The position numbers and the translations under genes were made by a program. The notes below the pieces were generated by a model. It saw only the letters and a list, made by a program, of their open reading frames with translations, had not been told where the DNA came from and did no database searches. From assembly GCA_949358305.1 (NCBI GenBank), contig OX442314.1, positions 22,258,001 to 22,322,000 on the forward strand: DNA of 64,000 bases, written 5' to 3'. Origin of the DNA: Strigamia acuminata. Lineage: Eukaryota. Shown here in pieces: positions 52,501 to 64,000 of the stretch (within the stretch, counting starts at the first letter, position 1; each line of letters starts with the position of its first letter).

Positions 52501-55500
52501 CTATTTCGGATGCGGAGGATGAAAGAGTTCGTCGAAGAAATATTTCTGAGGTTAGCGAAAATGTTGATAGTGAGATCGATAGCGAGGATGACGAAACTGA
52601 AGAGAAGATAATGGAGAAAGAAACGGAAAATTTTCCGGTTGAATGCTGCAATGGTTCTGAATCGAGCGAGAAAGTTGTTAAGAAAAAGTTACCGCAGGAA
52701 CTGGAGGAGAAGTTGAAGAGTTTGACTGAGGAGGAACTCGTGTTTAAGTTTCAGCAAATGATTTTCACGTGTGGAAAAGTAAATATATCCGGTTTTGTGT
52801 GGTGGAATTATTTTTAATCGATTTTTTAAAATTTTTTTTTAAGGTTCCATCGGTGTTTTGTTGTTTGTGTCAACAAGAAGGTCATTTGAAGCACGATTGT
52901 CCGGAAGAAAGATTGCCACCTTTGGTGGTTTTGCCACCTATTGAGCCCATTTACATGTCGCTCGTCGATAAAATTTGTCATCGGATTTATAGTAACGTTT
53001 TTTACGCTTTTTAAATTCGAAATTGTAATTTTTTGTTTTGTTTTTGTTTTACAGAGGATAACAATCCGAACAAAGTGGAAGTAAACAGTCGAAATTCGAT
53101 TTTGTGGGATTTGCAGACTTTTATTAAAAGAATCTATCCTGGTGATGTTTATAAGATTGGGAATTAATGTTTTTCATTCTTGTATAACGAGATTTTATTT
53201 TATTTTTTAAATAGATGCTAAGTTGGAGTTATTTGGTTCTTCTTGTAATGGATTTGGGTTTGCAAGAAGCGATTTGGATATTTGTCTCACATTTGAAAAC
53301 AAAACTTCGGATGTATGGACGAAAAAATTCGGAAACCGACAAAACGTTATTGTTTACTCTTTTATTTAGGAAGTTACGTTCATCCCAATTATTGAAAACT
53401 TGTCTGAGAAATTGAAGAAGCACAAACAGTTGACAAACGTGGTAGCCATTACTACCGCCAAAGTACCGATTGTGAAATTCACTCATCGTCCTTCGTCGCT
53501 CGAGGGTGATATTAGTTTATACAACACTTTAGTAAGTTGGCAAAGATAAACAGATTTTCACGAATTCATTTATAATTTTAATTAATTTTTAGGCGCAACA
53601 CAACACCAGAATGCTCAATATGTATTCTGAAATCGACGTGCGTGTGAAGATCTTGGGTTACGTCATGAAAGTATTTGCAAAAGTAATGGGAATGTTTGTT
53701 CAATTTTGTCAGAGATTCTAATGGTAATTTTAATCGTAGTTGTGCAATATCGGGGATGCATCACGAGGCAGTTTATCGTCTTACGCGTACATATTGATGG
53801 TGATATATTTCCTTCAGCAACGAGATCCGCCTGTGATTCCCGTTTTGCAAGAAGTATAAAATACAAAATACATTTAGTGTTTATTTGTGCGATGTTATTT
53901 GACATTTGAAATAATGTTCTAGCTGTACGACAAGAATGAACAGCAGCCCCAAAGAATGGTTGACGGGTGGAATGCTTGGTTTTATGATGACAAACAGTCT
54001 TTGGTAAATAAGCTTAGTGCTGGTGTTTAAATGTTTATTTGGGTTGATTGACTTTGATTTATGTTTAAATTTAGGCTGAAGTTTGGCCTCACATTGGGAA
54101 AAACACCGAAACCGTTGCGCAGTTGTGGTTGGGCCTACTACGATTTTACACTGAAAGTTTCAGATTTAACGAGTTAGTGGTTTCGATCCGTCAGTACAAA
54201 CCTTTGACACGGTTTGAAAAATTGTGGAATTCGAAATGCATCGCTATAGAAGGTAATGAAGAGTCATAAAACGGTCGATGTATCGTTTAATTATGTTTTA
54301 TCTTAAAGATCCGTTTGATTTGCAACACAATCTTGGGGCTGGCGTGTCGAGAAAAAGTATGTTATTTGATTATTTCCATATCATTTGTATAAATCTGTTG
54401 TATTTTAAACTCGTACACCTTTTACAGTGAGTATTTACATCATGAAAGCACTTATCCGAAGTCGGCAGTTGTTCGGGGTGCCTATTCCTCGTGAACATTA
54501 TGAATCACATCCAATGGTAATTTCGAAGTTTGCAAAAATTCAGTACTATAGAAGTTAATTTATTTTCTTTTTTAATTTAGGGTTTGCATTCAATACTTTT
54601 CAACACCAATAATTTGGCGGATGGGGCGCCGCCAAATGACCGAGGTTGCCGCTTATGTGGCAAAATCGGGCACATGGTAAAGCACTGTCCACGAAGACGT
54701 GGCGTGAGGAATCGCGAAAAAGGCGACCTAGATGGCAACAGAGAAAGAAATTCGATGGATCGAAGAAACAATAGAGGTTGACACGAGCTAAATCGATTTT
54801 TTTCGTTTCTATTTTTACTTATTTATTTATTTTCTCCATCGATTTAGACGCCTTTAATCGCAATCGTCAGCAGATGGGTCCAGGAATGAACTTACGGCCG
54901 GGAGGAGTCCAAAACGACATGCAGAACATGCACATGAGTCTAATGAGACCACAAATGATGGCACAAATTCACGGCCAAATGCACAACCAGAATTTACGTT
55001 CCATGGGCGGCTTGTTACCCTTGCCTATGGGAATGATGAACAACATGCGCCAGCCGGCACCAAATGTCGGCCCAAAGGGTTTCAACCAATCGTACGACAG
55101 TCGCCAAGCACTGCAACACCTGGAAAAGATTTCGAGCAAGTTGTGCGAAACCGGTGGAAGGAAAGCACCGATTACCCACACGGTTGCGGCGCTGCCTAAT
55201 TCCAGACCCATAATTCATTCGGGGGTCGTGTCTCAACATAACCAGAAAGATTTATTACCGAAGAAACCGAGCGGGAAGCATGCGGGATCTTCGAGAGAAA
55301 TGTCTCGTCATGAAATACCCCTTTGTCAACGATCCACCAGCTGTGTCGCGCAGCAGCAGTCGCTCACGTCGTTCACCGAGCTGCCAATCGCGAAAAGCAA
55401 AAGCTCGGATTCGGCCGCGTTGTTGAGCTGCGGATTGAAGAACCCGGCGGGAGAAAACATGGAAATTCCGTGCGCGCTCACGAGAACGCCGTCGATGACG

Positions 55501-56129
55501 CCGTCGTCGGGAAGGAGCGTGGTTGGGTTCCCGTTGCATCTGATTCGACCGGGTGTGGCCGCGCCGCCCGGCTTCACAAATCTGAACGTTAATTTTCGGA
55601 TGCCGCATGACGCGCAGTTGGTTCGTGGACCTTTGTCGGCTCAAGAAACTCAACAACATTTGCATTCGGGGATAACATCGATGCAACAGCCTGCTTTTCA
55701 GCAGAATGCTTTCATGGCTTCTCCACCACCTCATCTTGGGAATTATTTTTCGAACGAAAATGCTAAGCTTCATCAGAATTCACAGGCGCCTCCATTTTGT
55801 CAAATTCCTACCTTGAATTATCCCTTGAATTTAGTTCCGCTCGTTAATGTACAACCATCAACATCAGCCGTCAACAGGTTTGCGAATCAACACCAAAACA
55901 ATGCGTTTCCCTCGCAAGACGATGTCATGAAGGGTCAAATTTGTTTCTTGGGTACGATTTTGTGCTTTTTGTTTGTGGTTGATTTTTTATTCTGATTTTG
56001 TCGCTTTGTTTTGCAGGCGACAGACTCCCAACTAGTCGGGTGAAAGAAGAAGTGGAGAATCCTAATCTGAACGGAGAAAAGAAGACGACTCTAAATTTTA
56101 TTAGCCAAAATGACTATAAAACGGAGTGA
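49561..56129 (+). CDS. Terminal uridylyltransferase TUT4/TUT7 (ZCCHC11/6)-like
   Basis: C2H2 finger (FCRLCDYHC...H....H), degenerate first NTase (LYGSS...DVNVD), acidic linker, CCHC knuckle ([14 protein letters not shown]), active NTase ([19 protein letters not shown]), PAP-associated domain ([12 protein letters not shown]), second knuckle ([14 protein letters not shown]). Confidence 0.93.
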
Positions 56130-56781
56130 TGACTAACTTTACTTTACTATGATTTGTTTATCTGTTTGCGTTTTCATTCTTTTTATTTTTGTTTTTTAAT
56201 TTGTTAAATTTGAATTTTTTTTATATCGAGGCTGTGATGAAGCGGCTGAATAATGGTTTTAATCTTTTTCTTATTTTTATTTTTTAAAATTGTGAATGAA
56301 AGGTGAATTTTATTATACAATTGATAAATTGACGACTTAAGTTTTTTAAATATTGTGCCTAAAAAAAAATTAAGTTGGTAAATTGTGTATGCGATTTTGA
56401 CAATTTGAATTGTTTATTTGTTTTTTTCCGTTTTTAGTTTATATTGAAATTGGTTTACATTAGTTAAACAACGAAAATGCTACAGGTAAAGCGAGTTTTA
56501 TTCTCACTTTTAAGGATTCATCTGGGTATTAAAAGATTAGATTAATTTTTTTTAAAAACGAATGCTCGTTTTCTCACTCTTTCGTGATGAATTTTTTAAT
56601 CACAATCATATATATTTGTTGATTTTACCATCCGTATTTTGATTTCATTAAATTAAAAGAAAACTCGTATTTTTTATTTTTTTTTGTTTTAACGTTTTTG
56701 TTTTAACGAAGAAACAACTCGACGAAATTCAAAACATCCATTTTATGGCAAATTCCCTCACTAGATGGCGAAGTCGCGCCC

Positions 56782-56788
56782 TATAAAA
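56782..56788 (+). promoter_or_regulatory. TATA box candidate for NDC1
   Basis: TATAAAA about 70 bp upstream of the ATG at 56854. Confidence 0.45.
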
Positions 56789-56853
56789 AGAACCGCGTGA
56801 ATTTATCTCCCAACGCGCACGTTGCATCGGTAGTTCGTACTCATGTATTAAAG

Positions 56854-59175
56854 ATGCAATCTCCAGAGGATATAGAACAACAGACAAATGAAGTGAGTTT
56901 TGAAATAATAATACCAATTTGAATTACACATCAATTTTTAATTAGATTTTCTATGGACGTTGTCGACGTGCTCTGCTGGGTTTATGGTTTTTTCAACCAT
57001 TTATTGTAGTAGGTTTGGTATTCTTGTTAAATTTAAATCTATTCCACCCATACAAATGGTTAAGTAAGTATATATAGCGAGATGTTTTGTACATTTTTAA
57101 GCCGAATTTTTATTTTAGGTGCTTGCAAGCTGCTAATTTCGGTCCATCTACTTGTGGTTATTTTCATTTTGTCTTTATGTCTAGTTTTCGTATCTCTTAT
57201 GCACATATGTAATATTGCCGGTGAGTGTCTGTGTCTGTACACACGAAAAATTGAGATTTAAAAGTTGTAATTATTTTTAGTTCGTCAAAATCCAACGGCA
57301 ACACATTGGGCTCGTTATTGGAAAGTGTTGAGACCGCAAAACAGCATCCAAATTTTATTATATTCAATAGTGTGTGTTGTAACTGTAAAATTGTATTTAA
57401 GTCTGGACGAAAATTTTGATAACTTTTTATTTTCAACAACTGAAAGGTATGATATATATATATATATACTTTGTAATTTTTATTTATTTTTATTTTAATT
57501 GAGAAATTAATTTTTATTTTCTGTCTCGTTCAAGTTCGTCCTGTTTAAATGAACATTATTTATTTTGCATCTATAACGCTTTCTTTATTGGATTATGGCA
57601 CGGTGTAACTTACTTCGACAGGAATAAATTCCTGATAATATTCCCCGTTATTCAGGTATAATAACAAGCATTTATTATAAATTTTTATTTAATTATTTTT
57701 TAATCAATCCAGCAAAGCAAACTTGCACGAATCAACGAAGCACTTTTCCGAACATTTTGCTGCAGTTTCGCCGAAACATTTCATAAAATCAAATGGCTCA
57801 GTTTCTTTTACGTATTTTTAAGTAATTAAACATTGAAAAACTTAATACACACCCAAATGATGAATCAATTTTCGTTACAGTCGGTCAACCGATGAAGAAT
57901 TTCCTTATCGACGTGTTCGGACTGAATTCATGCTGCGAATCGTTAGAGTTAACCACTTACTCGGGAATCTTCAATCTGAGGCTATTATGGATAACATGGA
58001 TTGTAACATCCATAGCAATTTTTAATCTAAAGTTTTTACTTTTGATATTCAATGTGTTTTTAACGCAGGTTATTAATAATTTTCATTTTAACTTGCAATT
58101 ATCGGATTTTATTTTTATACCACTCTAATTTCAATTTTCAGAGGTTTCAATTTCCGTTGCAACGGACACTGGATAACCCCGACACGATGTTACTGCAAGA
58201 GGCACTCACAGTTGTTCACATTCCGCTTATTAGTTATTTAGCCGCTTTAGATTTCCAATTGCTATCGCAAGAAAGAAATTCAATAAGAAATCATCAACTT
58301 TATGCGTTAAGTGTTCCAGGCGGTCATCCGTACAATTGGAGATCAGTTTCAACTCCGTGTTTATATATATTGAACAATATTTTGGACCGAATGTCGTGGA
58401 TTGAGGAAAAGGTTCCATCTCCAGTGTTTCAATCAGGTTGCCACTATAAAATAAAACTGTTCGCAACAATTTAGAATTATAACGATTTAATTTGTTTTAA
58501 TTTTACAGTGAATTTCATTTCTAATCCTTTTATAACTCGGATTACTCTCATCAGGGAATGGCTCGATAGGAAATGGATAGATGTGAGAGAAAAGTCAAAG
58601 TTAACTGCAGTTTTCAATTTCTTTTTGTCCGATATGCCTGACCGAATTCCTCGGAACGTCTTTGCAGACAGTCAGCCACACATTTGGTTAATCGAAGGTA
58701 TAAATAATTTAAAATTCTTATGAAATAGTTTAAATTCACTGAACAATTTTCAGCTTTAACATTTGCTCTGATAACTGCCGTTAGACAAAATAACTACGGC
58801 GTTGTTCAGGAAGAATTTGTTGATGTAATTACAACTATAATGAATTTAGAAGAAGTAATATATATATATTAAAAAACGTTGAATTCTTACTAATTTTTTA
58901 TACTTTTAGGCTTTTATTCGATGTATCCGGTCAACCCCGGCCGCTAGATGTTACAATCCGCAAACACAACGCGATTTTAAGTTGAGAAAATGTCTAGAAC
59001 TTGTTCTTAAATTGTCCTTAAATCGTTTAGCTTGGGAATTTAACCATCAAATAGAGTAAATACACACACGAGGTAAACCGAAACGGTTTAAAAAAAATCA
59101 TTTTATTTCTTTAGATATATTCAACTGTCTGCGGAACAAAAGCGAAATTTAAAATCCCGGGCCGAGTTCATGTAG
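56854..59175 (+). CDS. NDC1: Nucleoporin NDC1 (TMEM48)
   Basis: Hydrophobic N-terminal exons (LNLFHPYKW), LAALDFQLLSQ...YALSVPGGHPYNW, VFADSQPHIWLIE, YGVVQ. Stop TAG at 59173-59175. Confidence 0.85.
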
Positions 59176-60172
59176 TTGCACCTTGGACCCTTGGACGAAG
59201 AAGCAAAGGCGCGGGCGTAGGGGAAAAAATCCAGGCATGCGTAGTGTTACGATAATACAATTTCAATTTACGGAATTATCACCAGTGGGCGCAAAGTCCC
59301 GTTCAGCATGGCAACTGCTTCGGCGTCCTGGAGACGAAGACAGTATCCTTCCGCTAAGAAAATAATTCCGATTGAAATCGAATTAATTGTTGATAAAACG
59401 TTTACTAAGCAATAAAAATTATTTGATCAAGTCGAAATCACCTTCTTTACACGTTGTAAAAATGCAAAAAAGCGAAAAGTCATGCGTTTAAATGCGGTAA
59501 CCAGGCTGGGTGGCGGAAGAGCGCCGAGTTTTTTTTGTCTGTGAATCGGTGTGGCAACTGTTGCCTTAGGAATCCGACGCCATAGACACGGTAGCTGTGA
59601 CGACTGCGTAACCCCATCAACAGGACAGAAGGTGAAAATGCGAGTGCTAGCACTTTGATTTTCTAGTGCATTGCTTTTTTATTTTTTATTTCTATTATTC
59701 GATGAGTGGCCAAGTCGATTCCGAGCAATGGTTCAAAGTACCAAAAGCAGAATGTGGCTGCAAAACAAAATGGCGTTGTTGTGATTAGGCTTAAATAGGT
59801 AGCTGTTTGCTATGTATGTATGTGTGTTTTTTTTTTTTAAGTTGAACTATAGCTCGAAGAACACTTGGCTCGATTTTATTGGCAGCACATTGTAAAGCAT
59901 TTTCCGTTTTATTCTATTCCGTTGCTTTTGATCACGTGATTTGAACCGGTTTTGTAAAAAGATGAATCGGTTTGGTTTGGTTTGTCGTTACGGATGGAAA
60001 AGGCAGATGAAATTTGTGTTTATTTCGTGTAAAGTCGATTGGTTTCGAATATATTTCTGCTGGTTTAAAAAATGAGGATTGGTGGAAATATATTTACAAC
60101 AGATTGGGGTAAGTTTGAGGTGTTATTAAGAGTGTTACTAAGTTTGAGTTTGTTCATTGATTTTCACTGATA

Positions 60173-60185
60173 GTTACCTGGTAAC
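60173..60185. promoter_or_regulatory. X-box candidate in the RFX 5' region
   Basis: GTTACCTGGTAAC (palindromic arms). Another site, GTTACTATGGCAAC (60718-60731), spans the start codon. Confidence 0.6.
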
Positions 60186-60723
60186 TAAAGCATCCGTGAT
60201 AAAGAAATGGGGAAAAAAAATGAAAATAAATTAGCAATAATTCGATGTTTGGATTTTACAAAATAGAAAATTTATTTTTATATTTTTATACGTTAAAAAA
60301 AATCGATTTTTAAAAATAACAGTTACATATAATTTAATTATATTTAGCTTTTGAAAAATGTATAGATTGCCCTGAAATAACAAGGTCACACCTGTCTCTT
60401 ACTGTATTTGTTTATATTCGACAAACAAATTGCCATTACACTTAGAAAATTGAAAATAGGCCTAATCTGCTAGGGGGGGATAACCTATTTATATATATAT
60501 AGTATTTCAAAACTTTAAATAAATGAAAAAAATTCGAGTTCATTTGTTTTTATTTTAAAAAAAAATAATAAGAAAAAAAATTATTATTAATAATAATACT
60601 ATAAATAAAAATTCGTGACTGGAGTAAATTATTTTGATAAACAAGAAAATTAAAAAAAAAAATGTTTTTGAATGTTTGGCTTAATTTGTTCTGAACTGTA
60701 TTTGTTAGTGTTGCCTGGTTACT

Positions 60724-63700
60724 ATGGCAACGCAGTCCTTCATGCCAGAGATGCAGGCCATCACTCCTGGCAATATCCCGACACCGCCGAACCCTCAGCA
60801 AACGTCGGTGGTGTCAACTACAGTGAGCCAGTCGAGTCAGCAGCAACAAGTCCCACCACAGACTCAGGTGAGTGTATATTTACCCCACGATACAACCCGA
60901 CGTTTGATGTTTTAAAATTTGTTGATACAGTTGTTAGGACGACGAATTTAATCAATATCCTTTATACGATCACACAAAAAAGTGGCGTTTTGTTTCATTT
61001 TGAATGAAAATTAATAAAAACAAACTTTTATTTTGAGAAAAAAATACATAAATAACATTTAAATGGTTGGGAGTTACGTAAATGCGGGTTATTTAGTATT
61101 TCAGCATAATTGACGGTTATATGTAAAATTTATTTAAAGTTTATTTAAAATTTATTAAAATATTTTTTAAAATTTACTTAAATAGTTTTTTAGAATTTAC
61201 TTAAATATTTTTTAGAATTTACTTAAATATTTTTTAGAATTAATTAATTGATTTTTTTTGTTGATTTTTGTATTTTCCAGCCTCAACAGCGCAGCCAACC
61301 GACACAGAATTCTGGCGGTTCCAATGGCAGCTCGACACAAGCTCAGCAGCCGCAAAGTCAACAGCCTGCATCACAAACTGCATCGAACAATTCGCAGACC
61401 TCCCAGCAATCAAATATTCAAGGAACACAGTCCGCGCAACAGTTCATCACAGTTGCAGGTACTAGGAACACGGATCGAGACAAATGTTTTGTTTTACTTT
61501 ATCGCTCGCAGTGTCCGAAGACGAGACCACAGGCCAAGATACGGTCACTCTACAGAACGCATCTCAAGCCGTCCACTCAACTTACGTCCAGTATGTCGAT
61601 GGGAACGCTGACCCGAACATATATGCAGCCACTAACGGACAAATGTGATTTATATATTTATATATGTATATTTATTTTGTTTAATTTGAAATTGCGTTGT
61701 AGGGCTGCGTATCCAGTGTATTGCGTGAGTGGTGAGACGAGTACGATGTACACACCGGCGACAGCTTACTACAACACGGGAAACAGCACGGCAGTGACGT
61801 ATTCGCAGGTACGGCCGAGTGATAACTCAAGGTCGTCTGTAGCCAATGGCGAGTATTATCATCTGTTGGCTAGTAGGAAACGTTAAATTTATTGGCAAAA
61901 ATTTGGATCGGTGCGAAATGAATTGGAAAAACACGAAAATTGTTTGTTTTATCACTAAAATGTTAACACATTTCTAATCTAACTCAGCAATTGATAGGGA
62001 TTTAAAATTGGCGTTAAATCCCTAGTTTATTCTGTACGCGTGTGTGTGCTTTGAAATGTGACTAAAATGATTAATTCCCCTCCCTCAGAGTGCCTCAGTC
62101 GCAAACGATGTCCACAAAATGGACGACTCTTTATACCAAGTAAGTTGAAGTGACGCATTTGGTTTTGATTATTTTTGGTTTGGGTTTGTTTGACCGAGTA
62201 CTTTGCACGGTGGCTTTTTTGCTTTGCTGTTGCCGTCCTTTTACTAACACTTGTAACCGGTGAACGTTGCATTAGGTTAGCTCAGGGCTTTCACATTCTT
62301 CTGTTGGTCTCCAAGGACAATTACTAACACATCAAGGTGGTGGCACTTACCTGATTCAAGGGTCCGGGACGATGGATGGAGACGCGCATACGCTGACCCA
62401 CGCGAGTAGAGCGTCTCCGCAGACGGTAAGCGGGTCGTTGGATGATCCCAGGGACAGATTTTCTTTTGTTAGTAGATGATATTTTTTATATGCTTAGTTT
62501 GCATGTTCAGTTTTTTGATTTTGTTTTATTTTGTTTTTTGATTTTTGTTGTTTTTTTTATTTTTGTTGTTTTTTGTTGTGCTAATTTTTGTTTGTTGCGC
62601 AGGAAGGTGTCGCGTACCTTGTGCAGGGGTCGTCGGTTGATGGTGACGGACATCACCTGACACACGCAACTCGTGTATCGCCACAAACGGTACAATGGCT
62701 GTTAGATAATTATGAGACAGCTGAGGGGGTGAGTTTACCCCGCAGTACGCTTTACAATCATTATCTACGACATTGTGCGGAGCACAAAATAGACCCGGTG
62801 AATGCTGCTTCTTTTGGCAAGTTGATACGTTCTGTGTTTCTTGGTTTGAGAACGAGGAGGTTAGGAACGCGGTGAGTGTCGATTGGAATTGGAATATGAT
62901 TTGAATTGTATTGCGTGTTTGTTGAATTAATTTTATTGATTTTCTTTTTATTTTTGCAGTGGGAATTCTAAGTACCACTACTATGGTATCAGAGTGAAAC
63001 CAAGTTCCTCTTTAAATCAAATGGCGGAAGATGTCGGAACGATGGCCTTACGACAGCAACCGATGAATCAAAGCAAAAGGTTTGCAATTGATTTAATTTT
63101 TTTTTTTTTTTTTTTTTTTAAATAATTATTAATTTTTTTTTTAAATTTTTTTAGGTTTAAGGCCACACAAAAGCCTGAAGTGCACGACACTGGGGCCAAC
63201 GCTAGTACACAGTCTCAAACTTCATCATCATCTTCAGACTCAACATCTCCCCAGCAACAAGTTTGTTTACGCGACAGTTTTATTGATTTTTATTGATTTT
63301 TATTGATTTTTAGCATCATCAACAGTTTCTCGGGGATGCTTCATCCGCTGTACCCAGCATGGGGGTGATCGAACTAAGTTCGAGCGATTTGCCCGATGGC
63401 TTGACCATCGACGATGTACATATCTTCAGCCAATTGTACAAAGAACATTGCGAAGCAATTTTGGAGTCGATTCTGAATTTGCAGTTTTCGATGGTGGAGA
63501 TTTTATGGCATCAGTTTTGGAGAATTCAACCTCCAGACCAGGAGTCGCCGTGAGTTTGAATAAAATGCTTTTTTTTTGTTTTATTTATTATTTAGCTAAT
63601 TTGAATTTTGGGTTTTGAAGGGATCTTGATTTAGAGAAGAGGTTGTCTAAAACGAAATTGTACCTGTTGTGTTCGACGGATCCTGTGCAGCAGTTTGTGC

Positions 63701-63936
63701 GGAAAAGCGACTACCATTTCTATCAGAACCTTGTCGAAATCCTCATCCCTGATGTGCTGCGGCCAATTCCCAGTGGGTTTTCCCTTGACATCTAGATCTA
63801 GAGGGAGTTAATTTAATGGTATCGATTTAATTGTGTAGGTTCATTGACCCAAGCGATAAGAAACTTTGCCAAGAGCTTGGAAGGCTGGTTGACGTCGTCA
63901 ATGAACAGCACACCTGATGAAATGGTTAAGATCAAG
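60724..63936 (+). CDS. Rfx: RFX1/2/3-type winged-helix transcription factor, 3'-truncated by the window edge
   Basis: N-terminus [13 protein letters not shown]-rich region, [14 protein letters not shown] activation segment, [23 protein letters not shown]...[37 protein letters not shown] domains ([35 protein letters not shown]). Confidence 0.96.
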
Positions 63937-64000
63937 GTTTGTGATCGTAATTTTATTAAAATTTATTATGATTAAATTTTTTTTTTTTTTTTTTTTTTTT

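Noticed and set aside
47348..55773. Antisense or alternative-frame ORFs over large REXO1 and TUT exons
   Set aside because: Shadow ORFs of low-complexity coding exons with no recognisable domains.
60955..60963. ATATCCTTT as a second U12 donor
   Set aside because: Sits inside an ordinary GT-AG intron of RFX with no exon ending there.
1..64000. tRNA, rRNA, snoRNA or miRNA genes
   Set aside because: None recognised by eye. tRNAscan-SE or Infernal/Rfam would be needed to exclude them.

Overview
Gene-dense, AT-rich animal DNA with many short (about 55-70 nt) spliceosomal introns. Gene content (intact GULO, tandem-domain TUT4/7, PLC-delta-type, nompA-like) suggests a non-insect arthropod such as a myriapod or chelicerate; this is inference. 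In order, the window holds: the 3' part of an intact Ty1/copia element whose LTR abuts a 161-bp tandem array; a TATDN2-like TatD nuclease with a GW/GRG-rich N-terminal repeat; L-gulonolactone oxidase; a large multidomain adhesion GPCR with TE-filled introns; a delta-type phospholipase C; a nompA-like PAN/ZP protein; DNAAF1 head-to-head with Rab11-FIP; NUPR1; REXO1 head-to-head with TUT4/7; NDC1; and a 3'-truncated RFX gene. Best leads: (1) a TatD nuclease with a possible Argonaute-hook tail; (2) a minor-spliceosome intron in PLC with apparent AT-AA termini; (3) near-perfect RFX X-boxes at RFX itself, DNAAF1, PLC and the adhesion GPCR, suggesting a linked ciliated-sensory regulon. All gene models and family calls were read by eye; no database search was run.
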